Source: Candidatus Latescibacterota bacterium
GTDB lineage: Bacteria; Latescibacterota; UBA2968
Direction: 5' to 3'
Assembly (NCBI GenBank): GCA_965204745.1
Contig: OZ242010.1
Span: 5,024,001-5,088,000, forward strand
DNA length: 64,000 bases
Below are positions 60,601-64,000 of the stretch, in pieces. The notes below the pieces were generated by a model that was not told the DNA's origin, did not search any database, and saw only the letters and a list, made by a program, of their open reading frames with translations. Positions within the stretch are counted from its first letter, which is position 1; every line of letters starts with the position of its first letter. Position numbers and translations under genes: made by a program.

Positions 60601-63600
60601 TGGCGTTGATTACGCCCAATGTCTCGATGGTGGATGCACTGGAATTTGCGCCGAACAGCCCGATGTCGTCGGTGCCGGTTCTATTGATGACCAGGTTGTC
60701 TATGGTGAAGCCGTTGCCTTTGAAATTGCCTGAGTACTGGTTGCGGTTGCCGGAGTCGCCGCCGATTGGCTCCCAACCCGTGCCGCTGTTCCAGTACGCG
60801 CCGCTGTGGTCGTTGGCGTCCACATCGCCGTCGCTGTCGCTGTCGAAGTCAAGGCTGGCGGCGAGTTCGTAGCCGGTGCAACCGGTGGCAGGGCAACCCC
60901 TTGAGACTGAAGCGTCGGGAAAGGCGGTGTTGTAGGCGGTCGTATCGTTGGTCGAGGCACTTGCGTCGATGGCGCCATCGCCATTGAGATCCCAGCGCAC
61001 GGCGTTGAGTTGTGCCAAGGACGAGACCTCGATGAGGCCATCGCTATCCGTGTCGTAATGCACGGGTTGGGCAGCGTACTGCACCGTGGTGTCCATGTCG
61101 GCAAACTTCAAGACCGGATACTGCTTTGTCGTACCAAAGGTCCAGGGATCATCATCGTTGGCCCCCAAAGCATCTATGGTCAGATCGTCCCAGTTGGCAT
61201 AGATGCCACTCGCAGACGTGACCGATTGTAAGTCGGCAGTCGGCTTGCCCTCCGGCGCAACAGTATCGCTATCATCGGCAATGTCGCTTTCTTGTGTGTC
61301 CCAGTAGCTATCGGTCACTGTACCTGAGTTTTCCGCCAGCCCATGCTTGTTCGGGCAGGCCCCCGTTACTGAGCCTGTTGAATAGCTCGACGCTATCGTC
61401 GCACCGGCACCATTGGCACCCACCAACCCACCGCCAGTGGAGTATGTACCCCCCGCATTGCACACCACAGGCGCCGTGGCGTAACTCGCCACGATGTACG
61501 ACCCCCTCTGAGCGGCACCCACCAACCCGCCGACATTGGTGTTCGCCGTGACCGACCCCGTGACGTAACTCGCCGCGATCCGACCCTTGTTCAGACCCAC
61601 CAGCGCGCCCACCGTGCCCTGACCCGTATTGATCACCGCGTTGACCAACCCCAAAGAGCGGATGTGGGCAGTGGTGTCCGTGCTTGCGAAAAATCCCGAA
61701 TAGTTGATGTAGCGGTTGATGTACAGGTGGGAGATCGTCTTGCCGTTGCCCTCAAACGTGGCGGTGTACGGGACGGTGTTGCTACCGATGGGTGCCCAGC
61801 CGGAGCCGCCATTCCAGTAGGTGGCGTCTGCTAAGGTGATCTGGTCATCGTTGTTCTCGTCAAAGTCCAGGTCGGCGAGCAGTTCGTAGCCGGTGCATCC
61901 CGAGAGGCAACCCATGCGGGTGGCGGTGTCCCGGTTTGGAAAAGCGGTGTTGTAGGCGGTCGTATCGGCGGTCGAGGCACTTGCGTCTATGGCACCATCG
62001 CCATCGATATCCCAGCGCATGGCGTTGAGTTGCGCCAGCGTGGTGATAGCGATGAGGCCATCGCCATCGGTATCGTAATTGGTGAGACCTGTAGTGCCCA
62101 TGACCTCGACCGAGGTTCCATCGCGCACACCGGTCTTGCTGGCAATGACACGCACTGTGTAGGTCGTCCCCGACGCCAAGGGAATCTTGTAGCGCGTAGC
62201 CGTGGTGGTGGCCTCACGCGCGGCGTCGTAGCTTTGCATGCCGGATTTCCACTGCACGGTGTATCCCGTCGCTTGACTCGCCGCACGCCAGCCCACGTAC
62301 AAGGTGTCCCCATTGGACGTCACTGCCACACCCGTCGGTATGCTCGGTTGCAACGCAAATTGCGCGGTGGTGTCCAGGCCGGCATACTTCAAGACCGGAT
62401 ACTGATTCGTCGCGCCAAAGTACCACGGATCGTCGTTGCCCGTTTGCCCGTCCAGGTTCAGGTTCCAGTTGGCGTAGATGCCACCGGCGGTATAGCCGGT
62501 GGGGGATTGGAGATCGCTGGTGGTCCGTCCTGAGCCGCCGCCGGGGCTTGTGTTCCGGTTGCTGGTTTGGGTGTCCCAGTAGCTGTTGGACACGCTACCA
62601 AAGGTAAAGTAGCCTATTAGCCCGCCGATGAGGTTTCCTGTGCCGCTGACGGCGCCGATGGAGTATGAGTTTATTATAGAGCCGTTAAACCGAAATCCCA
62701 GCAGACCGCCGGTCTCGGGACCTCCGCTGACGGACGCGGTGGAGTAGCTCGTGGTGATGCTTCCCGAATGCTGGTAGCCGACCAGTCCGCCGCTGGAAGT
62801 GCCGCTGGCGGTGACCGCGCCGGTGGTGTAGCAGGCGACGATGTTGCCTTCATTTCTGCCGATCAGAATGCCGGTATATGCCTGTCCCGTTACATTGGCG
62901 TTGATTACGCCTAGGGTTTCGATACGGGAGCTGGTGCTATTGTTGCCGAACAGCCCGACCTGGCTTATGTTGTTTCGGCTGATGAACAGGTTGTTGATCG
63001 TGTAGCCGTTGCCCTTGAAATTGCCCGTGTATTTGTTGGCGTTTGTGCCGATGGGGGACCAGCCGGCGCCGCTGTTCCAGTAGGTGGCGTCTGCTGAGGT
63101 GATCTGGTCATCGTTGTTCTCGTCAAAGTCCAGGTTGTTGAGCAACTCGTAGCCGGTGCAACCGCCGGTGGCCGGGCAACCCATCCGGCCGCTACTGGCG
63201 GTAATGTCGCCGCCGGGAAAGGCGTTAGCATAGGCGATGGTGTCGGCGTTGGTGCCGGTGGGCAGGCCATCGCCGTTCAAATCGTAGCGGATGGCGTTTA
63301 ACTGCAACAGGGAAGTCACGTCAATCAGGCCGTTGTTGTCGCTGTCGTGGTCAACTACCCGCTGGCTGGGGGTTCTCAGGGTTGGGTACTGGCTGGTGGT
63401 GCCGAAGTTCCACGGGTTGTCGGGTACGCGATCACTGTCCATATCTACGTTCCAGTTGGCGTAGATGCCGGTGTAGCCGGTGGGAGATTGGAGCGCGTTG
63501 GTGAGTTGTCCCGTGCCGGCGTCGCTGTTCCCCAAGTTGCTGGTTTGGGTGTCCCAGTAGCTAGCGATTGCGTTGGCCCCTATGGAGCCGCCTAACAGGC

Positions 63601-64000
63601 CGCCGACTTCGGCGCTCCCGCTGACTCTGCCGGTGGCGTAGGAGTTTGTTATAGAGCCGGCACGCTAAATCCCACAAGGCCGCCGACTTCGGTAGTTCCG
63701 CTGACGGATGCAGTGGAGTAGCTTGTGGTGATAGACCCTCGGTTCAGGTATCCGACCAATCCGCCGCTGCCGAAGCCGCGGGCGGTGACCGAGCCGGTGG
63801 TGTAACAGGCGACGACGGCGGCGCCGCGGTTATAGCCTACCAAGATGGCACTATGTTGCCTCCCCGTTATGGTGGCGTTGGTTACGCCTAGGGTTTCGAC
63901 ACGGCTACCGGATTCAATCTCGCCGAACAGCCCTATGTAGTTGGTGGTGCGGCGGTTGATGAACAGGTTGTCGATGGTGAAGCCGTTGCCCTTGAAATCG
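57632..64000 (-). CDS. Giant surface protein: GLUG-like beta-helix modules, FN3, Calx-beta repeats, duplicated C-terminal dockerin-like domain; 5' end outside window; frameshift at 63659-63666
   Basis: 1967-aa ORF extends in frame to about 63660; the upstream frame (DFKGNGFTIDNLFINR...GGLVGF) is the same module type; GGLVG repeats; ATSGTDY Calx-beta. Confidence 0.85.

Overview
GC-rich bacterial chromosome segment. The gene content (DUF6784/6785-like membrane protein, large LRR/Calx-beta/GLUG surface proteins, AAA-ATPase/PD-(D/E)XK paralogs, sulfatase, PhyH, TIM-barrel epimerases) resembles Latescibacterota/Gemmatimonadota-type host-associated genomes; this is an inference. Recognisable housekeeping genes are nrdR, gmd, xth, metF and ahcY. 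Most intergenic spaces are filled with modular repeats: heptamer tracts, palindromic MITE/REP-like units and IS-end-like termini. Highlights: (1) two apparently identical IS110 elements whose non-coding end has a readable bridge-RNA architecture, with donor guides matching the element ends and target guides matching the host AAGAGG(C/T) heptamer tracts in which both copies sit; (2) a heptamer tract bracketed by an 11-bp direct repeat; (3) a three-copy mosaic array of AAA-ATPase/PD-(D/E)XK genes between metF and xth; (4) a dsrM-dsrK-cysteine desulfurase-dsrC gene run with no dsrAB in the window; (5) two large surface-protein loci sharing a downstream cassette, one of them frameshifted. All calls come from reading the sequence and motifs by eye; no database search was run.
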